A DNA stretch of 63,549 nt, the filler included, from Sluysia triapertura (lineage: Eukaryota): the NCBI GenBank assembly GCA_046118255.1. It is 5 parts of 5 records of this genome, joined end to end, with 100 filler letters (N's around TTAATTAATTAA, not from the genome) between each part and the next. Parts side by side here need not be neighbours in the genome. Positions count along the whole stretch, not along the records: positions 1 to 15,151 come from JBJNIA010237331.1; positions 15,252 to 27,219 come from JBJNIA010140614.1; positions 27,320 to 39,142 come from JBJNIA010167259.1; 2 more parts are not named here. One strand, 5' to 3'. This document shows positions 15,026 to 27,463 of the stretch, piece by piece. The position numbers and the translations under genes were made by a program. Under the pieces are notes generated by a model. The model searched no databases, was not told the DNA's origin, and saw only the letters and a list, made by a program, of their open reading frames with translations. Numbering within the stretch: position 1 is the stretch's first letter; each line of letters starts with the position of its first letter.

Positions 15026-15151
15026 TAGGGTTTCCAATACCGGGGTCTCGGACATTTTTTTGATTTCGTAATATCGATATTCGCAGCTTCAAAATACCGG
15101 TTTTTCGGTATCAGCAGAAAATTTTTAAGGAGATTTTAGTTAAATTGTATA
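15026..15151 (+). mobile_element. hAT-like terminus, truncated by the gap
   Basis: TAGGGTTTCCAATACCGG start with repeated ATACCG/CGGTAT subterminal motifs, typical of hAT-type non-autonomous elements. Confidence 0.45.
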
Positions 15152-15251
15152 NNNNNNNNNNNNNNNNNNNNNNNNNNNNNNNNNNNNNNNNNNNNTTAAT
15201 TAATTAANNNNNNNNNNNNNNNNNNNNNNNNNNNNNNNNNNNNNNNNNNNN
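15152..15251. other. Assembly gap with artificial six-frame-stop linker
   Basis: N run containing TTAATTAATTAA. The same structure occurs at 27220-27319, 39143-39242 and 52061-52160. Confidence 0.95.
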
Positions 15252-16677
15252 TAAAGGTTTCTTTTCAATAATAATTTTTTTATTGATATTATGTATAGCT
15301 ACTTAATTTTAGTCCCATTCTATAGTTAATTCTACTTCTTTCTATAGATGTTTTATTTCTACGTAATATCGTAGTAATGTGGACATTTTCATATACATAA
15401 TTAATTACCTATTATAATAATTATTTGTTTATATATTAATTCCCACATAATCTCACATGCATCTATTTTGAAGTTATTTATTAGTTTGATGCTACCGCGT
15501 GATTCGCACTCTTTTTAGTTTGTCATTTAAAAGTGACGAGTTCATATTTGTTTCTTTCATTTACTTTTAATTTCAGGTCTTTTAAATTACTAAAATTACT
15601 AAAATCTTTTAAATATATTTTAGATATATTTTATTAAGATATATTGAGCTTTATTTGAAATTATATTTTTGATTTTTTAGTTGTATGTCACAAATGTATA
15701 ATTAAATAATTAATTTTCACAATATTTTAAAAATAAAATTATCAAATTTAAATTTAATTATGCAGAAAAATTAATGTAATTGGTTATAAGTATCTTAGAG
15801 GTTGAATAAAAATTATTTTATGAATTTAAAACATTTAATTTTTTTCTGATTTAGTTCTAATTTTACAATTAAAATTAGCTTTTACTACAAAACTAAAATT
15901 CCTTTTTATATTTTGTCTTTTATTTACTTTTGCTTCTAAAATTACTTTTAAATATGCAATGGCTTTCATTAAATTTTTAAAGTTTTAAATGTAAATAATA
16001 AATCAATAAATAAATGTATTTAAATTTACTGAATGTATTTAATAAATAATTACTAAATTTGTTGTGTCAACAATTTTATCGTTTATTATCTATAATTAAT
16101 TGTTTGAAATTTTTATAAATGTTTCTATATCGATGAAAGGAAACGAACGATTAATAGAAAATAAATTATGAAGAAATTATAGATTTAGATATTTCTCTAA
16201 AAGTAATCAATTTATAACATGATTTCAAAAGTTGTGGAATTAAAATAAATATTATTTAAAACTTTTAATTTCGTTATAACCGCTTCATCAAAACTGATGC
16301 AATTATAAAATTGAAATTTAATTTTCAATAAATTGTAGTGAAACAAAAGAATTTTTAATCTCAATAAAATTTGTAAAACTTACTTTTTTAAGTTATATTC
16401 ATTTTTAAAATTTATAAAAATATTTGAGGTTTAGTTTAACAATATTATTAATTTATTATTTAAATTTTCTTATATTACTTTATTTTAAATCTTATTATAT
16501 ATTATATTTATTATCACAATTATTAATATTAGTTTTTATTATCCTAGAACAATGATTAAAAACTTTAAAAATAAAAATAATGCATACTATTGATTATTTT
16601 AATAAAAAGCAAATTTTAATATAAGTTGTAAAAATTTAAAAATTAATATATTACAAACGAATTTCATTTTATTATAG

Positions 16678-16736
16678 AGAACTAAGTGAAGAATATGACA
16701 AAATTGACAAAGAAGAAAAAACAAATACTGGAAAAG
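16678..16736 (+). CDS. PDE4: PDE4/dunce linker exon upstream of UCR2 (partial gene)
   Basis: TATAG acceptor, open frame ELSEEYDKIDKEEKTNTGK, and a phase-1 GT donor that joins in frame to the exon at 16818 across an 81-bp intron. Confidence 0.6.
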
Positions 16737-16817
16737 GTTTATTTAATATGAAAATAAATAAATAAAAATAATATATGTTTTGTTTTATTGGTAATTATTT
16801 TTAATTTTGTTTTTAAG

Positions 16818-16927
16818 ATTCTGAAAATAAAATTGCTTTGGATACAGTTAAGGAGTTAGAATGGTGCTTAGAACGATTAGAAAGTATACAAACGTGCAGA
16901 TCAGTCAGTGATATGGCGTCCATCAAA
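16818..16927 (+). CDS. PDE4: cAMP-specific phosphodiesterase 4 (dunce) UCR2 exon (partial gene)
   Basis: 110-bp exon between TTTTAAG and GTAGGC encoding (D)SENKIALDTVKELEWCLERLESIQTCRSVSDMASIK. This matches the PDE4 UCR2 motif LAxETLEELDWCLDQLETLQTxxSVSEMASNK. Confidence 0.92.
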
Positions 16928-17581
16928 GTAGGCATTAACAAAATAAATAATTTTAGTTTTATATTTATAAACAATAGATAAAAATATATAAAGAAATAAA
17001 CGATAAAGACATTCGTATAACTACCGAAACATGAAAATAGTGAAGTTATCAAGAATATATACCAAGGTACAAGTTTCAGAGTTTCTCTGACAATTAATAT
17101 GTAAACTGCTTTTTGCCATTATGCAGATAAATTTTTTATAATTATATAATTATTATTATAATTATATAAAAAATTAAGCTTAAAACGTATGTTAAAATAA
17201 TTAAACATGTACAAAAAAGAAAAATTCCAATAAAGTCTAGTTACTAAGCATCACATTATCATATTTCAAAAAATTCAATTGTACTGTGACTATCAATATT
17301 GACATGTCCATGTCAATAATTATCAGTAATTTAATCGTCATAGTGATTTATAATAGTAATAATAATTATTATTTTTATTATATTTTTATTTTTTTATAAC
17401 ATCACCACATTATGTTAATAATAATTCATATCCGTTGTTATGCATGTAAAATATTTTGTGATGGAGATTATTCTATTTATATTGTATAATATAATATGGC
17501 GTAATATTATAACCGTCCTATTTAAAATGTGACTTCATTTATCTTCTCATGATACTTGGATTCAAGAAAAGCATGATTTTG

Positions 17582-18130
17582 TAATAATAATAAATTAATT
17601 TATATTACAATCATATATACTGCAAAATAAGTACTCAAAAGCACTTAAAATGAATCATTCACTATAATATTTCTGAAACAGAAAAGCTTTGCCTTTTTCT
17701 TAAATATTTCATAATATTCCAATAATTTGACATTCTTTGGTAGCTGGTTTTGTATTTTTGAAATATAAATGTTATATAACCTATCATCTAGCTTATTATC
17801 ACTGTGAATTATACGCAGATTATTATATCTCAATGAAATATTCATCTTGGTTTCCAAGTTTTTTATTATTTCTAAGAGATATTCAGGACTTCCGTAATGT
17901 AAGCACTTGTAAATTAATGTCATGATTTTGACTTCTATTCTTGATTTTATTGGCACCCAATAGAATTCCTTAAGATAAGGTAATTGAAAAGCAAATAACA
18001 AAAGTGCGAGTTTTAATAAATAACAATTAATTCAATGATCTCTTAGAAGAAAATTAAATCAATTATGAATAGTCTATCTGCGAAATGATTGTGTACTTTT
18101 ATTTTGAAAAACTTTATATTTTAAACCTTA
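17582..18130 (-). mobile_element. L2/CR1-group LINE 3' remnant (ORF2 C-terminus and tail)
   Basis: ORF 17645-18001 LKEFYWVPIKSRIEVKIMTLIYKCLHYGSPEYL...NQLP...FKKKAK fits the L2 ORF2 C-terminal pattern LHWLPVxxRIxFKIxxLxYKCLxGxAPxYL...WNxLP...FKxxLK. It has a (TTA)n tail and a second copy at 50417-50752. Confidence 0.85.
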
Positions 18131-21100
18131 TGAATCAAACATAGTTGCATTTGATAATATAAAATTTATATTATCATTATGTAAAGAGACTTGCAGAAAT
18201 GTGGAAATATATATTCAAACAATATTAAAACAAGTTTACATAACTTTGAAAATAAATAAAAATTGTTTGACTCATGATATTTGAAATTATTAAAAAAATA
18301 AAGCAATAAAATTTATTATTATTATTATAATCAATAAGAATTGATATATTTTTAAGAATTAAAATATTTTCAAACAAATTATTTTTTTAGTCGAAATAAA
18401 TAATTTTATAATGATTTATTGTTCTTTAATTAAACAATTATTATTTTAATTATTTATAATGAATGATTTATTTTTTACAACGTGAATACTTAATTATGCT
18501 GTACATTATAACGTTATGCACTGTATAAAATCATATGCTGATATATTTGACCAGACAAGCCTATATGACACGCAAAGTATACTTCATAATTACCAATAAT
18601 TAGTTAAATTAATATTTTGATTTTCTTGAAATGAAATAAATTAATGTTATTCTTTTTTATGTACGTTATTAAAATACGTTGTTAATATACTTAAAATACT
18701 TATCTTGACAATTTAAAAACGATAATGCACATCCATATGCGAATGACACTATTTAATGTGTACTTATATACAATCTTTATGGTCAAACAATTCATTCATA
18801 GATCATTTTATGCATTTTTTAAATTTGTGTTTATCTTAAATTACTATATACATACTTGCCGGTAAATACAATCTTTTGTTGTAATTTATTTAGTTAAGAT
18901 TTTTATTGTATCTCAAATTATCAAAATCTTTAAATAATTTATAACACTTATTATTCCTATAAAACAGAAGAAATGTCTATCACATGTAAAAAAAATAAAT
19001 AAAACCAACATTTAAATTCAACGTTATCCATAAAATCGTTTATCAATAAATCTGATGTATGATGCACAGCAGGTGAACAAAGTACTTTCTGTTGTGCTAT
19101 TTTGTCCGCAACGAATACGTATAATACGTATAACATGAATACGTATCATTACGGCAATCAAAATTGGTTAGGACTTTCCTAATAACAATTGTTTCAAATA
19201 TTATAATCAATAACTTGATAAAAATCATTTTCTAAAAATATTAAATGAGGAACATCATATATCAGCAATATTAGAATCACAAAAGGATTGTAAAGTTAAA
19301 TTTTTCGATTTTATTTAAGGTCCAAGGAATAGTTAACAGTTCTCTTACCTTCAACTAATTTTAAGCCTTAACTATCAATTACTACTTAGATCAACAGATT
19401 CTTTTATTAAACAGATAGCTTTATTAAAGAAATACTTTGTAATTTTTATCATTAATATGTAGTTTTACTTCTTTTTAAATTTTTATTTCAAAAACAAGAA
19501 ATTATCTACATATTGATAATAAAATAAAATATAATTAATTTAATGATGATGACAGTAAAATCAGTAGATTAATTTAATAAAAATAATAATGTTAAAAATG
19601 AAAATAATACACAATAATAAAATATTTTGAATTAGATATAATAATAATAATAATAAAGGATTTAGCTATATTAAATATTTCACAAGTAAAATTTATTATA
19701 AAAAATAGCATAATAATGTTATTATGAAAATTATAAAAATATTATAAAAATACCAAAATATTTATGGTAATAAAAATTAAGAGACTTGTAGATATTGATC
19801 AAAATTCATTATGATTTATTAAATACATAAAACATAGATTTAATATCATTAAAAGTAAGAGAAAGAATTTATTTTATAATTTTAGTAATTTCTAGGGTGC
19901 TGACTCACTAAATGTGTGACGTACTTATTATTATTTTACTTATTATGATTATTGTTGTTTAAGTGTATTAAATAATAACAATATTAATGCAATAATAATA
20001 TTTTTAAAATTTTATTTTTTGACTAAAATCGAAATAAATATTTCAGAGATTTTATTTCTTAGTTTGAATGTTACTTTTAATCAGTTTTGTTTATTGTGGC
20101 TTTGTTTCGTATCACATCAAAATCTCAAATTATTAATAATAATTTTATTAAATAATTATTAAATAAATAAATTATCAAACGATTTTTATATAAATTATTA
20201 AATGAATTATTAAATAATTTTAAATTGATTGCTAAATAAATAGAAATTCGGTAACATGATTTTTCGTTGATAAAACAGTGGTATTGAAATTCAATTACTA
20301 TTCAGAAGTCAAGTTTCATCTATCTTGATAGAACTGAAATCTAAAAAAATATAGGTCGAGATTAATTATATGATATTTAATTATATGATATGATAGGAAA
20401 ACTTTATATAAATAATGATCAACCCCTATATATTTGAGAGTTTATTAGATTTTTAAAGATTTTAAAACAAATTTAAAAATTTTAATTTTACTTCATCGAA
20501 TTTATTAACTTAAGTGATCTTGAATCATTTTTACAAAATAGTACTAATTTTTCTTTAACTTGAAACTAAATTGATTTATATTTTGAATCCTGGTTCTTTT
20601 ATATTACTTTCCATTGTGTATTTATTATGTCTTTATGCATTATTAACTCTAATTAACCATATTATATTACGAAATACACCTATTTTACAGTCTAATCTTA
20701 CCGAATATTTGTTAAGTGATCGAAAAATTAAAAATGTCGAAATAATATAAATCATTCGACAAATTAATTTCAGTTTTTAAATTTATTTGAATTTATACAC
20801 AGAATAAAATTATATTCATTAGAATTCTAAAGCTTAAGAAAATGTTACTTAAGTTTCATTTTAGCCAAACACAAATATTCATAATTATGTATTGCATTGT
20901 ATTGTATTGTTTATTTGAATATTAATCCTTAAAACTTCTAGGCTTAATTCAGTGTCCTACTCCAAAATTTTGCAATTTTATTATTCTCACAATAAAAACT
21001 ACTTCATAAGATGTATTCGTAACTTCTTACTTAACAGTCACTCTGCAAAATTATTGGAATATAAGGTTAATAATTTCAAAAATATATACGTAAATAATAT

Positions 21101-21371
21101 CATTTATAAACTATTTATGTTTATGCTATTTTATTATTTTGTTTTATTATTATTTCGTCATTCTACCACAATATATTTTACAATTTCTTTACCTTTTGAA
21201 TTGTCTTATACTTAGAATAAAAAGCGAATTATTATTATTTAAATATATTATAAGAGAATAATTAATAATGAAACTCACGAAACTATTTTAACAGTTCACT
21301 AATTTTATATCATACTCTAGATGTTTTGTTATTTTTAATAAGTAATTGAAAACATTGTACTCCATGCTTCG

Positions 21372-21372
<1 letters not shown>

Positions 21373-21421
<49 letters not shown>
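21373..21421. repeat. (AAT)n microsatellite
   Basis: Perfect run seen directly. Confidence 0.95.
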
Positions 21422-21422
<1 letters not shown>

Positions 21423-22623
21423 GAAATTTAAACACAAATTATAAAACAATATCATAATGCAGTTTTTGCCAATAAGTTATATTTTATAAAATGAATTAAA
21501 TTCAAAATATGTTATTTTATTTGTAAAATATTCTTTTTAAAATAAATTAACCATATAAATATTTCTTTTTCAATATATGTTTAGTATTAAAAATTTATTA
21601 TAAATTTTCGTTATTTACTTCTTATCATTATTTATCCTATGTTTAGTGCATATCATTTATTGTTTGATATAAATTCTTTTCACAAACATTTTCGATGAAA
21701 TTGAGAAATGGAATATAGAGGGGAACACATTCACAATTTACATGTTAGGTTGCCATCACAACCATGTGAAATAATTCTAAGATGTCGTTATGGCACCTTA
21801 AAATTATTTACACTATTTAAAATCATGAAAACATTATTTAAAATCATAAAAAATATTCTAAAATTATTTAAAATTAATTAAAAAAATTATTTTCCAAAAA
21901 AAGAAATTATTTTTTCTAAAAAAGAAAATAAAAATTTTAAAAAAGAAAACTGGTTTCTAGAAAATTCCATTGATTTTCATTGGATGATGACTAGTATATA
22001 ATGAAAATCGCCATTTGCAATAATATCAGTTGTAGTGAAAGCAGCCATTTTAAAATTTTTAGTCAGCCATTAAGCAAAAAACTTTGTTAATTTTTTCGCG
22101 TGACGCAGTTATCTACATCTTAAACAGACAGTTCTATGTCCAATAACAGTAATCATCATTCATTCTAAATGGATTAAGCATTCAAAGAGTATTGGGAAAA
22201 TATTTACTCGGATATATTCTTCAAATCCATGCAAGAAGTAATTTGTTTTTATTAAGACTGATATTGGTTTTGCTTAAGAAAACGAATATCATAAAATCTA
22301 CTCAATATCATCTTTTGCTTAAGGTTCGCCGATATATTGAGGGCTAAAATCTAGTGTAAATTAGTATTTAGTTCTTATTAAAGGCTCAAAAGAGTTTTAA
22401 TATAAATTTCGTAATTAATTTTTACTCTCTATCATTCTTCTATATTTTATTCTGTAATATAATTTAATTCAATTTGTATAAATTTTTGTCTTGTTAATAA
22501 AAAACTCTGTTAGTTATTTGTGAATTTAATTAAATTAAATAGACTCTCTAGTTATAAGATTATAGGTTTAAGTTACTTTATTTAGTTTAACTTATTTTAT
22601 TATAGAGTTGCCTTTTTACGACT

Positions 22624-22679
22624 TAAGACGCTTACTGTAACTGGACCCTGCTCAATTTTCTATTTTGCCGTAGGTTTAG
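22624..22679 (+). repeat. Short dispersed repeat (second copy 43965-44018)
   Basis: TAAGACGCTTASTGTAACYGGAYCCTGCTCAATTTT(C)TATTTTGCCGTAGGTTTAG occurs at both loci. Confidence 0.85.
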
Positions 22680-23002
22680 ACTTCAGTATCAGCATACAAA
22701 CTCCTGACGAAAATGTTTTAAAACATGTGATAGACTTATAAATATATTTTTTTATCACGCATTTGTAGTATTGTAGAATCATTTGAAATATCTTTGAGCA
22801 TTGTAATTTTCACTTATTTTGAAAGATTTTTAATTATTGTGTAAACTCCATCGCATTTTCTATATAATAATAATTATTATTGTAATAGAAACACATTCTG
22901 ACACATGAAAAATATTAAAGAAAAATATGTTTAAATATAAAAACTATAACATAAATTAATAGTAATGTAAAATTTAAAAATTTATTGTTTATTGTTGTTT
23001 TT

Positions 23003-23404
23003 TTACAAAAAGTATGTCTTTGAATACTTCCTTGTATCAATGAATTCATTGATGTGTTTACAATTAATGTAAGTTTCTTTATGAATTCTTGTTAATACTA
23101 TTATAAATCTTTGTCAATATGCTCGCTTTAATCCACTTTAATTATGTCAAATTGAAAATTCTTTAATATAAAATCACAAATTGTTATTACTCTTAATATT
23201 TATGAATGGCTTCTCAATTGTTGTTAACACAAACTTTTGGTTTACAATGATAATCCAACTATCTTTACTTATATTATTACTATGCTTCAATAACAACGTA
23301 AACTTTTCTAATATTTATGTCATATAAACTTTACTCATATAATACTTTATAAACAAGATTTGTTTTATCTAGAAGTGTGAGCTGGAATACTCGTTTCGGT
23401 AACC
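23003..23404 (-). mobile_element. Possible decayed LINE ORF2 C-terminal region
   Basis: A single frame with several stops reads RLPKRVF...SWIIIV...FYIKEF...RF. The RLPK motif is typical of post-RT regions of non-LTR elements. Confidence 0.3.
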
Positions 23405-23866
23405 TGAAATGGAAACACAAAAATAAGTTTTTTATTTTCTGTAGTACCAACTTAAATATATCTTTCTCTGACTTTTAAATTTAGTTTTAATTAAAGCAAA
23501 ATGTTATTGTAGATAGTTTTATTCTTCCTATGGAGGCTCTATTCTTGATATTTCGAATTTAATTAATTAGAAATAATAAATAAAAAAACTAAACTTAGTA
23601 AAATTTATTATCTAAATACTTATCTAAATATTCATCAGTGGTTATAATAAAAAAAGGATGGTATAAATTTAACAATGATACAAATATTAAAATTACTAAT
23701 ATTAATAACAAATTTAAATAATTTAGTTTTCAAGCGGAAAATATATTATTTATTACTCACTTGTAACACTTTTTCGCAATTAATCATTAATCGACTCAAT
23801 GATTAATGTGCGCTTAATAATTGTTTCGGTAAGCCAGTATTAAAGTCTTCCGTGTCAAGATTAACG

Positions 23867-24120
23867 GCGTGTGTATTCAATCTCTTTCAAACCAAATAAT
23901 GAATAATCACAATTATTCACAATTAATGAATAATCATTCAATCNNNNNNNNNNNNNNNNNNNNNNNNNNNNNNNNNNNNNNNNNNNNNNNNNNNNNNNNN
24001 NNNNNNNNNNNNNNNNNNNNNNNNNNNNNNNNNNNNNNNNNNNGCGTGTGTATTCAATCTCTTTCAAACCAAATAATGAATAATCACAATTATTCACAAT
24101 TAATGAATAATCATTCAATC
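23867..24120. other. Gap (23944-24043) flanked by an identical 77-bp duplication
   Basis: 23867-23943 equals 24044-24120, typical of an unmerged contig overlap. Confidence 0.85.
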
Positions 24121-27051
24121 CGTTCCGAATGATTAATACGTATTTCGATTGCTTAGTATCCAAACGTTATCCGGCAAGATTTGCATCGTACTTATTCAAT
24201 TTCTAAAATCGCTTAATGTCCACGAGTGTATGCGTATATATTTTTTGTGAGGTTATGCAGATTTTTTAGCTACTTATAGTGTTATTTTATTAATTTTTTA
24301 TAATATGTATGTAATAATAATTTTATCAACGTTATATTCAATACAGTATTAACGATAGTATTATAATTTTGTTAATAATAATTTTATCAATGATACAGTA
24401 ATAATTTATAATTTATTTACAGTTTTAATAGTAATACAATAAACAATTTTATTAATAATAATTCTGAATAACAAATATTATCATTCGCTTGAACAATATG
24501 TTAATAAATTTTGATTACATATATTTTATATTTATTCTTATTTTAAGATGATTTTTGTGATTGTAATGCTTTTAATTTTGATGTAATTCTTTCTGTTCTG
24601 CTTATTCTTTATTTTAGGTTAATTTTATGGAGAATAATGTTATTAATTTTTGAATACATACAAAATTTATTTAATCTTAGTTTAGCATGATTTTAGCTTA
24701 CCTATTAAAATGATTTTCATTGGACTTTATATTCTCTTTTATAGAATCTCATTTTAAAATGATTGTTTATTTAATTTCAACTTAAAACTGGTTATTATTT
24801 GTTACTAAATTTTGAATTTATATTAACTCTATTAAATCTCATTTGAAATTGATGTAAAGCATTATATAATCTTAATGATAAAGATTTTAATTTTATTTTA
24901 AAATAATTTTTTAAAATTAATTTAAATTAAATGAATTTTAGATTTAATTTACAAATTTGAAAATTTAAAAGAGATTAAAAAATTTAAAAATTTAAAAAGT
25001 GAAAAATTGAAAAATAAATGAATATTATGTTACAGTATAATCTAAAACAAGGATAACAATTTGAAGGTGAAAGATATATATAATATAAATAAATAAAATG
25101 AAAATTAAGTAGAACCACTTCAGCTACAAATCCGAAACGTTTATTACTATATAATGATAATACTTATTCCATAGTTTAATGATTAGTTTCGAAATAGACG
25201 TTGAAAATTACATATTACAATGAAAAAGATATTAGAGTATTTTTAATATTTTTTGAAAATCCAAGTTTTGCTAAAGTATAAAACATCAGACATCAAAGTA
25301 TTCTTACACGGTGTTATTAGAAATATTGCAACGTTTAATGATCTTTTAATGATAAATGTCTGCATGAAGTCAATCCATTTATACTAAAGTTTAAAGAATC
25401 AAGCAAATCATTCCTATATCAACCTTTAATGATGATTAATGAGACGAGGTTAATTCAACCTATACCGAACCAGATCGAGTTTCTTTATATCGACTCATGA
25501 GAAATGTTTCAGTTTTTGTCCACTTTTTATTAACGATGTCTTCTAGTTTTGAGTTAATTGTAATATTGAATTAGATTTGTTAACAAATATTTATAAGATT
25601 TATAAGTACATGTCATCCACGTTGGTTGATTTAAGTTTAAACGAATTTTTATTTCATTTAGTGTTTATTTAAAGAGCTGCAAATATTTGTAAAAACTATG
25701 TGAATGCTACGATTAAGTTAATAAATGCATTATACTGTGAGTATCATGATCAATTACATAACTACTTATTATCAAAAAATGACTTACGTTTCCTTTCATA
25801 GTTAGGAGCCCCATCACGTACGAAATGTATTTTGAAGTTTATAAGTGCAGTGTAATTAGTGCTTGCTTAAAATATGTCCTTTAATCAATAAGCACCTTTG
25901 GCAAAAGATCAGTTAAGTAATTGCTTATAACTTAAAGTTTGTTTACGTAGTATAATTCGTCAGTGGAATTTGCGTATTGCAAAATTGTATTCTTTAGTTT
26001 GCATTAGTGTTCCTAATCTATAAAAATTACGTCAGTATAAGTTTAGAAAATGTTCTTCAAGAATTACGTCACGAAATAACTGGACTTATCATTAAGACAA
26101 TTCAGGTACAGGTTAAAGTGATTGACAATTTTTCTGTTGTAATGTTTGATTACTTTATTGGTGTTCGTCCTAATTCTGTTGATGTTAATGAATTTTTATT
26201 CGTTTTATCGGTTTTATTGATTGTTTAATCATATAATATTTATAATGTTAATTAAATTAATAAAGCTACTTAGTAATGACATAGATATTTAAATCCATTA
26301 AATCCAATAATTTGTTTCTAGAAGTAGTTAATAGAATTTTTATAACGTCCATTAATTTACATGATTCATTTAACATTGATAGAACTCGACTGTTCCAAAA
26401 CTGGAGTGACCAAAAGAAAGAATTAACGCGATATAATATCATTTTTTGAGTTAAATATAATTAATACTTATTTCGATAAGGATACTAAGTCCACAAGTGA
26501 TTCAGTTCATACTACTTTATATCGAGTCTTAATAAATATATTTTCATTAAAAATAAATAACAACTTAGTTAATTCTTTACTTACTCTTTTTAATAACAAC
26601 CTAATTTACACAACAAAACCAAAATTGTAAATATATTGATTTTTTGAAATATTCACTTAAATATTGTTTATTAAACTTTTTTACTCGTTTATCCATAGTT
26701 TAACCAAATATATCATTACCGGCAAATGAAATAAATATATTTTTACTTATTTATTTATAAAATAGTCATATATTTTTATACTTGTCTGGAAAAATATTGG
26801 AAAAGTGTGAAATCACTTAGTTTCATTTGCAAAAAATATGAATAAAGAAGGAATATAAATGAAATATAAATATTATTGCTTATTACTGTTAGATAGTGCT
26901 ATGTGAAACAGTAAAATGACACATACATCAGATAAACTATTGTAGCATGTCTAAGATGCAATTATGATTGCGGCAAAAAATTCAAAAGCGAAATCTAATT
27001 TCTATTAAAAGTTCATTTTTGAACTGCTCACTATATTATACGTACTGCTAC

Positions 27052-27106
<55 letters not shown>
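27052..27106. repeat. (TAT)n microsatellite
   Basis: Perfect run seen directly. Confidence 0.95.
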
Positions 27107-27108
<2 letters not shown>

Positions 27109-27394
27109 AATAATAATTTATTATTGTAGGGAACTCGTCATCCGGTAATCATCATAATTCATCACACAACATACACTATAACTCATCTCATAAAGTTCAA
27201 CATAACTCATCATTTAAAANNNNNNNNNNNNNNNNNNNNNNNNNNNNNNNNNNNNNNNNNNNNTTAATTAATTAANNNNNNNNNNNNNNNNNNNNNNNNN
27301 NNNNNNNNNNNNNNNNNNNTCTAACTTTGAACTTTTTAGTATACAGGTAATTAATTAATTATATATGTACAATGAAAAACACAAAAAATTTTTT

Positions 27395-27463
27395 TTGGGG
27401 GAGGGGGAGGGGTGTTGAAAAAATTTTACCGTCCCGGTTTGGCGAAAAAAAATGGTAACCCTA
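27395..27463 (-). mobile_element. hAT (Blackjack-like) terminus
   Basis: Minus strand begins TAGGGTTACCAT, followed by the AAACCGGGAC subterminal motif. Confidence 0.5.

Noticed and set aside
15196-15207. TTAATTAATTAA palindrome inside four N runs
   Set aside because: Identical placement within 100-base gaps marks it as an assembly linker, not biology.
17031-17090. LSRIYTKVQVSEFL resembling the next PDE4 exon
   Set aside because: It lacks FKRMLNREL, has no good acceptor and is followed immediately by a stop.
21690-21750. FDEIEKWNIE resembling the start of a PDE catalytic domain
   Set aside because: No open frame from the nearby acceptor and no downstream similarity.
23861-24163. ORF-track ORFs with an internal repeat
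   Set aside because: They span the N gap and the duplicated contig overlap.
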